49,938 bases of DNA from the NCBI GenBank assembly GCA_041736175.1, contig JBGSUI010000011.1:1-49938 (forward strand), read 5' to 3'. The notes below the pieces were generated by a model. The model had not been told where the DNA came from. It did no database searches and saw nothing but the letters and a program-made list of their open reading frames with translations. Below are positions 9,036 to 19,292 of the stretch, one piece after another (within the stretch, counting starts at the first letter, position 1; every line of letters starts with the position of its first letter). Made by a program: the position numbers and the translations under genes. Source of the stretch: Oligoflexales bacterium (GTDB taxonomy: Bacteria > Bdellovibrionota_B > Oligoflexia > Oligoflexales > CAIYRB01).

Positions 9036-10604
9036 TCAATTTGTTTGGGCCGCAGGCTTTGCAAGTTTTAAAATATATTCTGCAGTCGCCAAGAGTTTGG
9101 TTTCCCCTAGATAGGTTTGGGGCGGCATCTCAGGAAAGTCCCTTCGAACTTTTTGTGGATGCTGGGCAAATTGGACGATACCTTGAGGGTTGTTTAGATA
9201 TTTGGTGGCAATTTCGGTTAAGGGAGGGCCTATCCTTTGGAAGTTGAGAGCATGACACCCGGAGCAGACGGCATTGTAGGTGGCTTCGCCGATTGCGGGA
9301 GCTAAAGGAGCTGCGTGGGGTGCCGGGTCTAAGTCTGCTAGGTTAACGCCTGGTTGTTTGCTATCAGGTGGATCGAGCATGGTTGTGGGGAGCGCCTTTA
9401 AGTCCTGCTCCTTACCACAGGGAGCAAAGGGAGAAGGGCCCTTAATCCTATAGGAATCCACATGGTCTAGACAGTGCTCCTGGCCTGTTCCCGATGTGTA
9501 GATGTCAAAGGTTTTGGGAAGGAGCAACTCCAAGGCACCATCAGCCACGTTTCCAGCCATCAGGGTTCTGCCAATATAGTGAAACCAAATCCCGTACTCT
9601 ACGGGTCCTAAGGAGATTTTGGATTCGATGATATTGGCGTCAATCCTCACCCTGTCCGGACTTGGGTCCACCTCTGGATCAGGTGTCAACCCTGGCATGG
9701 ACGGATGGTCCACCAGGAGAATCCCAGCCGTGGCGTGGTCGCGAATGATGTTACCCGTAATCGTCACTTGATCAGCCGCCAGGACGATGATGCCGCTGCC
9801 GGGGGGAATGCTAGAAACCGTCGATCCGGGAGCGCCAAAATTATAGTGGTTATTGCTGTAGACTTGATTCTTAAGCAGATAGACTAGCTCGGTTTTTTTG
9901 CGGGGCAGACCAGGCAGTGCGAACACCAATATGCCTCCCGTATTGGCGTAGACGGAGTTATGAGCGACAAGAGCTTTGGTGGAGTTTTCGATCTCGATCC
10001 CCGCCACATTTTCAAATACTTCGTTGTTTGTAACATCGACGCTGTCGCACATACCGATATAAATCCCCGCATCGGCAATGCCTGAGACGACATTGTTTTC
10101 GACGAGGACATGGTGGCCGAGAGTCGGATAGATTCCATAGATGCCCGTATCTTTAACGATCAGGCGGCGGATGGTGACCCGATCGGCCCCTTGGGTCATC
10201 ACACCGTTGCCTTTGTAGTTGGTGATTTTAAGGTTTTCGATGGTAAAACCTGCTCCCGATGCGATGACACCGTCATTGAGGAGGCCTCCCCCATCTAGTT
10301 GGGCCCATTGGCCTTGGCGGATGATCCCCCGCAGGGTGATGTTGGGTTTGTCCACATAGAGGGACTCTTGGTAGATGCCAGGTTCGATTTCGATGGTATC
10401 CCCCGGTTGGGCAGCATCGATGGTGGCCTGGATTTTAGACTGAGGGGAGACTTTATGGACCGCAGCAAGCGCTGGAGTTATGTCTCCCGATAAGTAAAGG
10501 AGACAAGCTGAGAGTCCCACCGAGAGTTCCACTGAGAGATCCATAGAACAAGTAAGCTTTTTAAACATCAGGAACACCTTTATCCTGTCGGGTGAATGGA
10601 TCAA
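9036..10604 (-). CDS. Parallel beta-helix protein with C-terminal cytochrome c domain
   Basis: IQATIDAAQPGDTIEIEPGIY, YGIYP, DAGIYIG and NTGGILVF beta-helix repeats; CSGCH heme motif with distal PEMPP. Confidence 0.85.
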   Translation of the reverse strand: MIHSPDRIKVFLMFKKLTCSMDLSVELSVGLSACLLYLSGDITPALAAVHKVSPQSKIQATIDAAQPGDTIEIEPGIYQESLYVDKPNITLRGIIRQGQWAQLDGGGLLNDGVIASGAGFTIENLKITNYKGNGVMTQGADRVTIRRLIVKDTGIYGIYPTLGHHVLVENNVVSGIADAGIYIGMCDSVDVTNNEVFENVAGIEIENSTKALVAHNSVYANTGGILVFALPGLPRKKTELVYLLKNQVYSNNHYNFGAPGSTVSSIPPGSGIIVLAADQVTITGNIIRDHATAGILLVDHPSMPGLTPDPEVDPSPDRVRIDANIIESKISLGPVEYGIWFHYIGRTLMAGNVADGALELLLPKTFDIYTSGTGQEHCLDHVDSYRIKGPSPFAPCGKEQDLKALPTTMLDPPDSKQPGVNLADLDPAPHAAPLAPAIGEATYNAVCSGCHALNFQRIGPPLTEIATKYLNNPQGIVQFAQHPQKVRRDFPEMPPQTYLGETKLLATAEYILKLAKPAAQTN

Positions 10605-11725
10605 CGTCGATCGGTCAAGGAGCCAAGAAAAATCTCCAAGAGTTGCAACTCTCTGTGCGAAAGGGTCATGGGACGGATATGCCAGTGGAGGTCTTTTGGC
10701 ATATGAGTGCCCAAAGCCCGACCGCCCCCTCGGTTGTAGAACCTCAGGGTTTCGCCCAGAGTTTGAAAAGAGCCAGAATGCATATAGGGGGCCGTTAAAG
10801 CGATATTTCTAAGGGTTGGGACCTTAAAGGTTCCCCCGGCGGCTGCTCCCCCTCCTGCTCCCCCGGCTCCCCCGGCTCCGTGGTCAGGGCCCGCTTTGGG
10901 GTGATCGGGAGCACCGATGACAACCAGTTGGCCCGAGGTAAAGAGGGGCGGGATATGGCACTCTGCGCAGCGGCTCACAAAGGAGCGGAAGATATTGAAA
11001 CCTAAAAATTGGTCCTGGGTGAGAGCTTTTTGGTCCCCGAGAGCCCAGCGGTCGTAGGGGCTATCAAAGGCAAGCAGTGTGGCTTGGTAACTCACCAAGG
11101 CATCTGTGATGCCGCGGACCGCCCAATCCTGGGGAGACTCGGGGGACGATTCATGGAGAGTCGGGGGGTAAACCTCTTTTAGTGCGGCCATAAGGTCGGG
11201 GGTTTCTAGGAGTCGCTGCCAGAGTTTTTCGGGGGACATATTCATTTCGTCTTTGGAAAACAGCGGTCCAGCTAGTTGTTCTTCGGGGCTTGCGGCACGC
11301 CCGTCCCAAAAAAAGCGCTGGAGAAAGATCATATTGTAGAGGGAGGGGCTATTGCGCTTTAGGGCTAGGCCGCTTCCGCCGATGGATTGTGGATTTTGGT
11401 CGGTAAAAGCATGGTCGGGGTTGTGGCAATCTTGGCAGCTGAGGTTGCGCTCGTAGCTGAGTTCCCGAGAAGAAAACAGCCGGTGCCCTAGGGCGATCGC
11501 CCGTGGGTCAAGACCTTCATCGAGTCTTTTGACATAAGGGAGTGTTCGCCAAGCCCCTTGGGTTGGTGTAGTGGCCATTGGATAGGGGCCTTGGTAACGG
11601 CATCGACCCGTAGCAGTCAAAGAAAAATTGTTTGGGCATGCTAACGCTTGTGGGAGCAGGATCTGGGCGACGATCATCGTCATAACAATATTGACAACAA
11701 TGACAAAGTCCATAAGGCCGCCCAT
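10601..11725 (-). CDS. Di-heme cytochrome c peroxidase, MauG/CcP family
   Basis: CQDCH and CAECH heme motifs, RNSPSL, FWDGRA, FKVPTLRNIALTAPYMHSG. Confidence 0.92.
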   Translation of the reverse strand: MGGLMDFVIVVNIVMTMIVAQILLPQALACPNNFSLTATGRCRYQGPYPMATTPTQGAWRTLPYVKRLDEGLDPRAIALGHRLFSSRELSYERNLSCQDCHNPDHAFTDQNPQSIGGSGLALKRNSPSLYNMIFLQRFFWDGRAASPEEQLAGPLFSKDEMNMSPEKLWQRLLETPDLMAALKEVYPPTLHESSPESPQDWAVRGITDALVSYQATLLAFDSPYDRWALGDQKALTQDQFLGFNIFRSFVSRCAECHIPPLFTSGQLVVIGAPDHPKAGPDHGAGGAGGAGGGAAAGGTFKVPTLRNIALTAPYMHSGSFQTLGETLRFYNRGGGRALGTHMPKDLHWHIRPMTLSHRELQLLEIFLGSLTDRR

Positions 11726-11743
11726 CGAGATAGACCTAAAAGT

Positions 11744-12253
11744 TTAGATTCCCGCTTCCGAAAGGAGCTGCATCAAGTTCACCACCAAAGGGTTAGACAG
11801 GGGTGCGTTGATCGCTGCTCGGCTTTTATCAAGCAAACTTGATTCTGACGATTCCGTTCCAGTGATGTCGGACAGCTTCGACAGATGGAGATAGAGGGCT
11901 TGCACAAGATCCGTTGATGTCATGATCCCTATGACTTGGCCACCTTCGGAGATGGGGATTGCGGATTTACGCTGATCGATCATCCACTCGACGGCTTCTT
12001 TGAGGGTTGTCTTTTGGGTAAGGCTTGCCACACCCGGGGTGGCGAGTGTAGTCAGATCGGCTGTAGGGCGGGTTTTTTCTGGCGAAAGGAGCGCTCGGTA
12101 AAGGTCGCGGTCGCTCACGATCCCAACGGTTCTATGCTCTTTGGTCACAATCAGGTGGTGGATGCCACGGTCTGCCATGAGTTTGAGGGCGTCTTGTGGA
12201 GAAGCCAGGTGGTCGATGGATACGAGATTTTGGTTTTTAAAGATCAGGGCCAT
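11744..12253 (-). CDS. CBS domain pair protein
   Basis: GIHHLIV..VGIVSDRDL and SAIPI..VIGIMTSTDL repeats. Confidence 0.85.
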   Translation of the reverse strand: MALIFKNQNLVSIDHLASPQDALKLMADRGIHHLIVTKEHRTVGIVSDRDLYRALLSPEKTRPTADLTTLATPGVASLTQKTTLKEAVEWMIDQRKSAIPISEGGQVIGIMTSTDLVQALYLHLSKLSDITGTESSESSLLDKSRAAINAPLSNPLVVNLMQLLSEAGI

Positions 12254-12541
12254 GGATAGCCTCCTTAAGACGAAATATGGCGGTGCTATGGGCGATCCCG
12301 CATTGATAGATCAGATCATCTCCTGTTTACAGGCTAGGAGAGCGCCACTGTGGGAATAACTCTAGACATTCTAGCATATTAAGTGCTAGAGGGTTCTGCT
12401 TAAACCATGCTGGATTCCCTCTGGACAGCCTAGGGGACAAATGAAAATAAGTCTATACATTTTAATAATAAGCTGCTACCTTGCACTTTTTTTTGAACTA
12501 CTTTGAAAGGCAACCTGCATCAAGGTTGGATAGGCGAGAGC

Positions 12542-14122
12542 ATGACGGTACCACAAACGACGAGTGACATTCAAAATGGGTTTGCTTCCCTTGGCTTGAG
12601 TGGGCCACTTGTCGACACCCTAACAGCCCTGGCCTATACCCAGCCAACGCCTATTCAGGTCAGCACCGTACCACTGGCCCTCCAAGGCCTCGACCTCATC
12701 GGAATGGCCGCTACCGGAACCGGAAAGACGGCAGCTTATGTTTTGCCTCTTTTGGAAAGAATGTCCCAGGATCGTCTCGCCCAGAAAAAAACGGAACTCC
12801 AAAAACACCCCCGCGTCTTGATCTTAGTCCCCACTCGGGAGCTAGCAGGTCAGGTAGCCACCTCCGTCGAAAAATATGGCAAAGCCCTTAAAGTCCGGGT
12901 CACAACCCTTTATGGGGGACAGGCCTATGGACCCCAGCTCGACGACCTTAAGAGAGGCGTAGATTTTGTGGTGGGGACCCCAGGACGGATCTTAGACCAT
13001 ATCAGGAGAGGATCTCTCAATATCAGTGCCACCGAAGGTTTTGTCTTAGACGAAGCCGATGAGATGCTCGATATGGGGTTTGCCGAAGATATCAAAGCGA
13101 TCTTTGCTAGCCTGCCCCCTAAGAAACAAACTCTGTTTTTCTCCGCGACGATGCCCGCCCATGTGTCGGCTTTGGCCCAAAAATACCTGACAAATCCTAC
13201 GGTCATCCGGATTGCACGGGAAGCCACTGCAGACCAAGCAAGTCCAGCCGTGCGCCAAGTGGTCTATTCTGTTGACCGCCAACACAAAGTTGCGGCGATC
13301 CAAAGGCTCCTCGACTGGGAACAACCGGGAGCTGCAATTATTTTTTGCCGCACCAGGGACGAAGTGGATGCCCTGAATCATGCCTTGAGATCCCGGCATG
13401 CGGAGGCTCTCCACGGAGGCTTAAGCCAAGCCCAACGGGAAAAAATCATGAACCGGCTCCGCAGCCGCAGCACCTCCCTTATCGTCGCCACCGACGTGGC
13501 CGCTCGGGGCCTGGATATCGACCACTTGACCCATGTGATCAATTTTGATTTTCCAGCCTCCGCCGAAACCTACATCCACAGGATTGGCCGCGTGGGCCGG
13601 GCTGGTCGTGAAGGGGTGGCCTTATCCCTTGCGGAACCTCGGCATTTTTACCTCCTCCGACAGATTGAAAAGGCAACCAAAAGCAAGATCACCGTCCAAA
13701 AAGTTCCTTCCCGGGACCAACTATTTATCAAGCAATTACAGGGACTCAAAACCAAAGTGGTCGACCACGCCCCCAAAGTTAAAAACCTCGAAACCTATAA
13801 AAAAATCGTCCAAGAACTCAAGGACGAACACAGCATGGGGTTTGAAGATATTGCAGCCTTAGCCCTATCGATGGCCTATGGCCAGAGTGAAACGGAGCAA
13901 CAAGGCTCTGATTTTAACTCGGTTGTTCTTGGGGAGAGCTCAGAACGAAGCTCAGGTCGCCGCGACTCCTCGTCACGGGACTTTAGCCATGGCAAGGGTG
14001 CTGGTGGCTCAGCAGGGCGAAGTGGAGGGCGTCGCAGTCGAGGACGGACGTTCGAAAATAAGCAAAAGTTTGGCGGATCGCGTTCTTCAGGTGGTCCTCG
14101 GAGTTCAGCAGCTAGCAGATAG
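12542..14122 (+). CDS. deaD: DEAD-box RNA helicase (DeaD/CsdA-like)
   Basis: Q motif PTPIQ, ATGTGKT, PTRELA, TPGR, DEAD, SAT, ARGLD and HRIGRVGRAG; RG-rich tail. Confidence 0.9.
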   Translation: MTVPQTTSDIQNGFASLGLSGPLVDTLTALAYTQPTPIQVSTVPLALQGLDLIGMAATGTGKTAAYVLPLLERMSQDRLAQKKTELQKHPRVLILVPTRELAGQVATSVEKYGKALKVRVTTLYGGQAYGPQLDDLKRGVDFVVGTPGRILDHIRRGSLNISATEGFVLDEADEMLDMGFAEDIKAIFASLPPKKQTLFFSATMPAHVSALAQKYLTNPTVIRIAREATADQASPAVRQVVYSVDRQHKVAAIQRLLDWEQPGAAIIFCRTRDEVDALNHALRSRHAEALHGGLSQAQREKIMNRLRSRSTSLIVATDVAARGLDIDHLTHVINFDFPASAETYIHRIGRVGRAGREGVALSLAEPRHFYLLRQIEKATKSKITVQKVPSRDQLFIKQLQGLKTKVVDHAPKVKNLETYKKIVQELKDEHSMGFEDIAALALSMAYGQSETEQQGSDFNSVVLGESSERSSGRRDSSSRDFSHGKGAGGSAGRSGGRRSRGRTFENKQKFGGSRSSGGPRSSAASR

Positions 14123-14258
14123 TGGGCAGCCGATCAAACTTTATGCAATCCCGATTCATCGGTAAGTCATAGGGACTCCTCTAAAACATCAGGTCACTCC
14201 CGCTGGTCCAATCTTTGCAGACCTTTCGGGATCACCTGTTGAGTATAAGGGAGTTTCT

Positions 14259-15038
14259 ATGAAAATGATGGTTTTGAATGCAGTCATGTCTGTTAGTCTA
14301 GGGTTTGTTTTCGGTGCTTGCACCCGTCCTAACCAGCAGAGTGGAGAAGTCTCGGCAACGGGCAAAGAACCAGCCTTGGTGCGCCTTGCCAGTCGGTCTC
14401 TTATCGACTATATCCGCCTCCGTTACTGTCTGCCACCGTCTAGTTTGCCCGCTATACCCCAAAATATCGCCGACAAAATCGATCTCGTCCATCTCTCAGA
14501 TGCTCTTGATCCGGCAACGGTGGGGGACCTCAATAAACTTCCAGGTGTGCGCTCGCTTTATTTTAATATAAACAAAAATCGGATAGACAAGCTAAGCCCT
14601 GCGGGTGCAAGTCTTAATCTGCCAGCCCATATTCGTTCCATCACAGCTGATACCCGGCGATTTGATTATAAGGACAATCTCGATGGACTTTTTAGCAACC
14701 TTACCAAAGGTCATCGTCAGATTGTGGCCTTTACCTTTTATTTAAAATCCACAGACCTGAGCACTAATCTCTTAAGCCTCGCGGATGAGTTTCCGGGTTT
14801 AGAAGAGATCAGAATTAAGGTGGACCAATTTGAAAATCAGGCAGCTCTTCAAAAGTTTCTTTTAAACTACGGCATCACCAGACAACAATTGCCTCAGAGA
14901 TTTAAAAACCTAAAGAAAATCATCTTAGAAGTCTATAAAAACGAAACCGATATCTATGTGGAGCAGCTCTCGCGGAATACTCCCAGTGATTCATTTAGCA
15001 CCCAATACTTAGGCAGTCTCAAGGATTTTACCTGGTAA
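14259..15038 (+). CDS. Hypothetical lipoprotein
   Basis: AAGGGAG RBS, signal peptide ending FGAC. Confidence 0.6.
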   Translation: MKMMVLNAVMSVSLGFVFGACTRPNQQSGEVSATGKEPALVRLASRSLIDYIRLRYCLPPSSLPAIPQNIADKIDLVHLSDALDPATVGDLNKLPGVRSLYFNINKNRIDKLSPAGASLNLPAHIRSITADTRRFDYKDNLDGLFSNLTKGHRQIVAFTFYLKSTDLSTNLLSLADEFPGLEEIRIKVDQFENQAALQKFLLNYGITRQQLPQRFKNLKKIILEVYKNETDIYVEQLSRNTPSDSFSTQYLGSLKDFTW

Positions 15039-15047
15039 GAGTTGGGG

Positions 15048-16028
15048 TCAAGGCCTCGCCCAGTCACCTTTAAAGTGTATTGAGTAAGGTTTTTGTAGCA
15101 AATCCATGACGAGGTCTTTGTCAGTCGGCTGGAGCCAAGTGGCAAGATCTTCGGCCCCGATCACAACAGGACAACGGTCATGGCCCGACTCTAAGATTTC
15201 TGGAGGAGGTTCTGTTGTGACGATGGCAAAGCTATGGATCGGTGGTTGTTGGTGGTTTGGATCATGCCAAGTTTCGTGAAGGGCTGGCACCCTAAAAAGA
15301 GATCCATCTGATTCAGAAAACCGTATCACCCTAGGTTTCTTGGTCTCGGGATCGGGAACCCACTCATAAAACCCCCTGAGCGAGAGAATCCCGTGGCGAC
15401 GCATAAACAGGGGATTCCAAGTCTTGCGCACTTGGAGACTATCGAGACGGGCATTAAACATATTGATATGGGCTGGTGGTTCGACTTCTGAGCCCCGGGG
15501 GCGAACCTGGTAGCGGTGAAACCTGATGATCGGCGGATGCTCTGGGCTTTCCAGATTGGAGATCAGGAGGGGAGCCCAATTGTATTGAAAGATATTGGCA
15601 GGGCGATCAGAGGGGATCGGCTTATTTTCGTAGGCTTTTAAATCCTGATGCAGCTTTGCAAGAACTCTCGCTGCAGTATCCCGCTTTTTTTCGGCGGTTT
15701 TCGATGCTTTGGCGGCCCACTTAGCTTCAAGTTCCCTAAGATGTTCTTCCTGAAGCTTTATCTTTGAAAGAAGCCGCCCGTGATCCTGCCGGTCGCAGAG
15801 GTTCCAGGTTTCCAGACACCGCTCGGCAAGAGTCGAGTCTTTTGGATTTAAGAATCCTTTCCCTAGGAGGCTTTCTATGGAAGTCTTAAAAGGTTTGGGG
15901 ATTTTTATGGTGAGGTCACCCTTGGCTTTTTGATGGAGAATATTGAGTAAGTCATTGAAATCAATAGAAGCACCATGAAATTCAGCAAGCCGCTTAAGGT
16001 CCGTCTCGACCATGACCGAATAGCACAT
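15048..16028 (-). CDS. SOS response-associated peptidase (SRAP/HMCES) family protein
   Basis: N-terminal MC (catalytic Cys2), FNARLDS, GFYEW, SFAIVT and GHDRCPV; long helical insertion. Confidence 0.88.
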   Translation of the reverse strand: MCYSVMVETDLKRLAEFHGASIDFNDLLNILHQKAKGDLTIKIPKPFKTSIESLLGKGFLNPKDSTLAERCLETWNLCDRQDHGRLLSKIKLQEEHLRELEAKWAAKASKTAEKKRDTAARVLAKLHQDLKAYENKPIPSDRPANIFQYNWAPLLISNLESPEHPPIIRFHRYQVRPRGSEVEPPAHINMFNARLDSLQVRKTWNPLFMRRHGILSLRGFYEWVPDPETKKPRVIRFSESDGSLFRVPALHETWHDPNHQQPPIHSFAIVTTEPPPEILESGHDRCPVVIGAEDLATWLQPTDKDLVMDLLQKPYSIHFKGDWARP

Positions 16029-16113
16029 AGGGGCTTTTTCCCATCTTTAGTGTCTATACTTATCGACTATACGAGTCCGAGGCAAATATCACCCATCACC
16101 CAGAGGATATAGG

Positions 16114-16818
16114 ATGCCGTCTCCACCCGCCAGTCTTGATGGTGACTCTGGTTTTACTGCGGATCTTGAAAGGCTGAGTGACGCTGCCCACGCTGCCAGT
16201 CAGCCCCTTACCATTGGCGAGCTGGAGACGATCCTCCAAGGGCGAGGAATGGTGACCCTGACTCTCGTGTTTGCCTTGCCCTTTGTGCAGCCTATCCCAG
16301 TGCCTGGTCTTTCGATTATACTGGGCATGGTGATTATGGCCCTTGGGCTTAAGCTGGCCTTTGGAGCCCACGGCAATCTTCCAGAGTTTATCCGGCGCAA
16401 ATCCCTTGCTCCGACTACGGTCCAAAAGATGGCCCGTGGTGGCAAAAAGGTTTTTAGTAAACTGGAAAAGCTTTTTAAAAAGCGTTACTCTTTTTTAGCT
16501 GATCGCCCCCTGAGCCAGGTTGCTGGAGTCAGTCTGATCGCGAGTGGGATCGCCATGGCCTTGCCGCTGCCGCCGGTGATTCTTTTTTCTAATTCGCTGC
16601 CAGCGATTGCGGTGATTTTTATCTGTTTAGGGGTTATTGAGCGGGACGGCTTATTTATCTTAGCAGGTCACGTGGTAGCCTTGGTGACGTGGATTTATTT
16701 TGCCTTTTGGTGGGAGCTGATTTGGGCGGCTATGGTCCACATTCCCGAGGTGTTTCCGAGTCTCCTTAAGAAATGGGAGACCTGTGATTCGTTAGTTTTT
16801 TGTTGGTTCGAGCCCTGA
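16114..16818 (+). CDS. exoD: ExoD family membrane protein
   Basis: ALPFVQPIPVPGLS, LPLPP..FSNSLPA and GVIERDG; several TM segments. Confidence 0.85.
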   Translation: MPSPPASLDGDSGFTADLERLSDAAHAASQPLTIGELETILQGRGMVTLTLVFALPFVQPIPVPGLSIILGMVIMALGLKLAFGAHGNLPEFIRRKSLAPTTVQKMARGGKKVFSKLEKLFKKRYSFLADRPLSQVAGVSLIASGIAMALPLPPVILFSNSLPAIAVIFICLGVIERDGLFILAGHVVALVTWIYFAFWWELIWAAMVHIPEVFPSLLKKWETCDSLVFCWFEP

Positions 16819-17508
16819 GGGCTCCTGTTTTTTCATAATAAAAAGATAGTTAAAACCACGCATATAATAGTTGCCTTCCACGGCTGATTTGCGCCAGTGG
16901 GGGTGCTTAAGGGTTTTGTTATGGCGCACGACGGAGATAATGTCGATGGGGGTAAATTTTAGGCGAAGACGTTGAAAAAGGTCAAAACCAATGGGCTCGA
17001 AAGGGAGGTCTTTGCGATAGGAGTCAGACACGTAAAGAGCCATATAATGATTATTTTTCAGGACCCGGTGGATTTCGCTGATAACCCGTTCCATAGCTTT
17101 GTAGTATTCCGTCCCACCAGCATCCAGTTCGCCGATGCATTGGGGGTGGCCCGAATATTTAAGGTGAGTGGAATAGGGTGGATCGACAAAGACAAAGTCA
17201 ACAGACTCACGCTTTAAAGGTAGTTTGCGGGCATCTGCCGGTACGATATCCCTTCGAAAGGGGGCGATATCAAAACCCTTACCGGTGCGTTTGAGATCAT
17301 GGCATACGTCGATTGTGGTGCCGCTGCCGCACATGGGGTCGACCACCACATCACCTTCGCGGGTATAGCGTTTGAGGAGATTCCAGATCACATAGGATGG
17401 GGTGGCCCCTTTATAATGGCGATCCCCTTGCATGGTGTCACCATAATGCTGGGATGGATAGTCCCACAGGGAGGTGGTTTGGAGTTCAAGGGGTGGTTTT
17501 TTATACAT
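16792..17508 (-). CDS. SAM-dependent N4/N6-type methyltransferase (DNA MTase/TRM11-like)
   Basis: DPMCGSGTT motif I and FVDPPY motif IV; ATG 17508 overlaps the upstream stop. Confidence 0.8.
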   Translation of the reverse strand: MYKKPPLELQTTSLWDYPSQHYGDTMQGDRHYKGATPSYVIWNLLKRYTREGDVVVDPMCGSGTTIDVCHDLKRTGKGFDIAPFRRDIVPADARKLPLKRESVDFVFVDPPYSTHLKYSGHPQCIGELDAGGTEYYKAMERVISEIHRVLKNNHYMALYVSDSYRKDLPFEPIGFDLFQRLRLKFTPIDIISVVRHNKTLKHPHWRKSAVEGNYYMRGFNYLFIMKKQEPSGLEPTKN

Positions 17509-18274
17509 GAGGTTCAGACTCCCTGAGATCGTAAAAAAGCTCTGGGCCAAAAGCTTGGTACCAGGCAGCTGGAGGAGGGACGGCGACGTTGATGGTGTCC
17601 CCTCCGACCGGTTGTTGGAACTGGAGCTTGTAGGCATGAAGCGCTATAAGGCTATGTTTTTGGCTAGGCGATGGTTGGGCAAAAAGCGGGTTGGACCCGT
17701 ATTTAAGGTCTCCTGCCACAGGGAGTCCTTGGTGGGCCAGTTGGACTCGAATCTGATGGCTTCGTCCGGTACCGAGTTCGACTTCTAACAGCTTTGCTTG
17801 GGCACTCTCTCTGAGGACTTTAAAGCTGAGGGTGCAGAGCTGGGATTGGTTTGTCTGACCCTGCCGAGGTGGAGGGACGACCTTGACCCGGTTGGTGACG
17901 GGATCCTTGAGGAGGTAGTCAGTAAGACTATAGGCTTGTCCTAGCTTAAAGGGGACTGCTTTTTGGGGTTCAACAACGACAAGGTAGACTTTGCGGATCG
18001 ATCGGTCCCGAAACTGAGCCCCTAGGCGCGAGGCTCCCTTAGTAGAGAGGGCAAAGAGAACCGCACCTGAGACCGGTCGGTCAAGAAAGTGGACAGGCGC
18101 CACATAGCCTTTAGTCCCAGGATTTTGGCGGGCGGCCTCATGGACTTTAACCCAGTCGAGAAGGTGAGGGTCGCCCGATTGGTCTCCCGCCGTAAGCATG
18201 CGTGGGGGCTTAGAAACCACCAGGCAGTGTCGATCTCGGTAGAGAATCTGTGGTTCGTGGTCTAAATCCTTCAA
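17501..18274 (-). CDS. RluA-family pseudouridine synthase
   Basis: VSKPP, VHFLDRPVSG (Arg-to-Phe variant before the catalytic Asp), TGRSHQIRVQLA, GDLKYG and LHA. Confidence 0.9.
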   Translation of the reverse strand: MKDLDHEPQILYRDRHCLVVSKPPRMLTAGDQSGDPHLLDWVKVHEAARQNPGTKGYVAPVHFLDRPVSGAVLFALSTKGASRLGAQFRDRSIRKVYLVVVEPQKAVPFKLGQAYSLTDYLLKDPVTNRVKVVPPPRQGQTNQSQLCTLSFKVLRESAQAKLLEVELGTGRSHQIRVQLAHQGLPVAGDLKYGSNPLFAQPSPSQKHSLIALHAYKLQFQQPVGGDTINVAVPPPAAWYQAFGPELFYDLRESEPHV

Positions 18275-18375
18275 GAGGGCCCTTCGCTCTAAGGTTTCAA
18301 AATTTTAATGTCCCGATGTTGTCAAACACCCAAAAGCAATATAGTTTGTTCCCAAGTCAGCAGGGCCGCTTATAC

Positions 18376-19176
18376 ATGATTCCAGTAAAAAACAAAAGCC
18401 TCCAAGACACTCACCAAGACCTAGAGGTTTGCTTTGAGGACCCATGGTTTTTAGTCGTGGCTAAACCCTCTGGGATGGCGACCCACCCTGGGCGGGGAGT
18501 CGTAGGGGAGAGTTTACTGGAACTCCTTGAACGCCAATACAAAACTAAGCTTTTCCCCCTCCACCGACTGGACGCAGGGACTTCAGGGGTCCTGGCTTTT
18601 GGGCGCAGCCGGGAAGCAGCTCAGGTTGGTGCAGCTTTGTTTAGGACTTCTGATGCTTTAAACCAAACCCGCAGGTTTCCCCCGGACGAAGGCCAACCAG
18701 ATCCTGTGGCAAAAACGTGTCTTAAAAAATCCTACTGGGCATTGGTGCGCGGGCATATGACGGGGGACGGTAGCATATTAGCCCCTGTGGGGACCCCGCC
18801 TAAGGAGGCCACGACCCATTGGAAAGGGATAAGAGCGTTTGAAGTTCCATGGGAGGTGAGGCCCTATATGACTGCTCGCTATGGACTCGTGCGCCTTGAG
18901 CCCGTTACGGGGCGAACCCACCAACTACGCCAACATCTCCACCATGTCTATCATCCATTGATCGGGGATACCCGCTATGGAGACGGAGTTCACAATCGTA
19001 TGTTTCGGTCAAAGATGAGATCTCACCGCCTTATGCTCCATTGTGGAGAGATCAAAGGAAACCATCCCTTCACCAACGATGCTTTTTGCTGGGCGGCGCC
19101 CTTTCCAGAAAATTTTAAGAGCGTGATAAACGAACTCGCAAAGATTGATTTGGCTGCGAACACCCTTAAAAATTGA
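18376..19176 (+). CDS. RluA/TruC-family pseudouridine synthase
   Basis: AKPSG, LHRLDAGTSG, TGRTHQLRQHL and GDTRYGDGVHNR (TruC-like). Confidence 0.9.
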   Translation: MIPVKNKSLQDTHQDLEVCFEDPWFLVVAKPSGMATHPGRGVVGESLLELLERQYKTKLFPLHRLDAGTSGVLAFGRSREAAQVGAALFRTSDALNQTRRFPPDEGQPDPVAKTCLKKSYWALVRGHMTGDGSILAPVGTPPKEATTHWKGIRAFEVPWEVRPYMTARYGLVRLEPVTGRTHQLRQHLHHVYHPLIGDTRYGDGVHNRMFRSKMRSHRLMLHCGEIKGNHPFTNDAFCWAAPFPENFKSVINELAKIDLAANTLKN

Positions 19177-19292
19177 CGCTAGTCGAGGCCAGGCTTACCA
19201 TAGGCACGAATGCTATGAGACCGCAACCAAGCATGGATCTCGTCCTACGAAAATCCCAAGCGGTCCACCCGAGCCGTCCTAAGGAGAATTCA

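Noticed and set aside
16792..17508. Restriction-modification system
   Set aside because: No endonuclease nearby; the gene is coupled to an RNA-modification gene.
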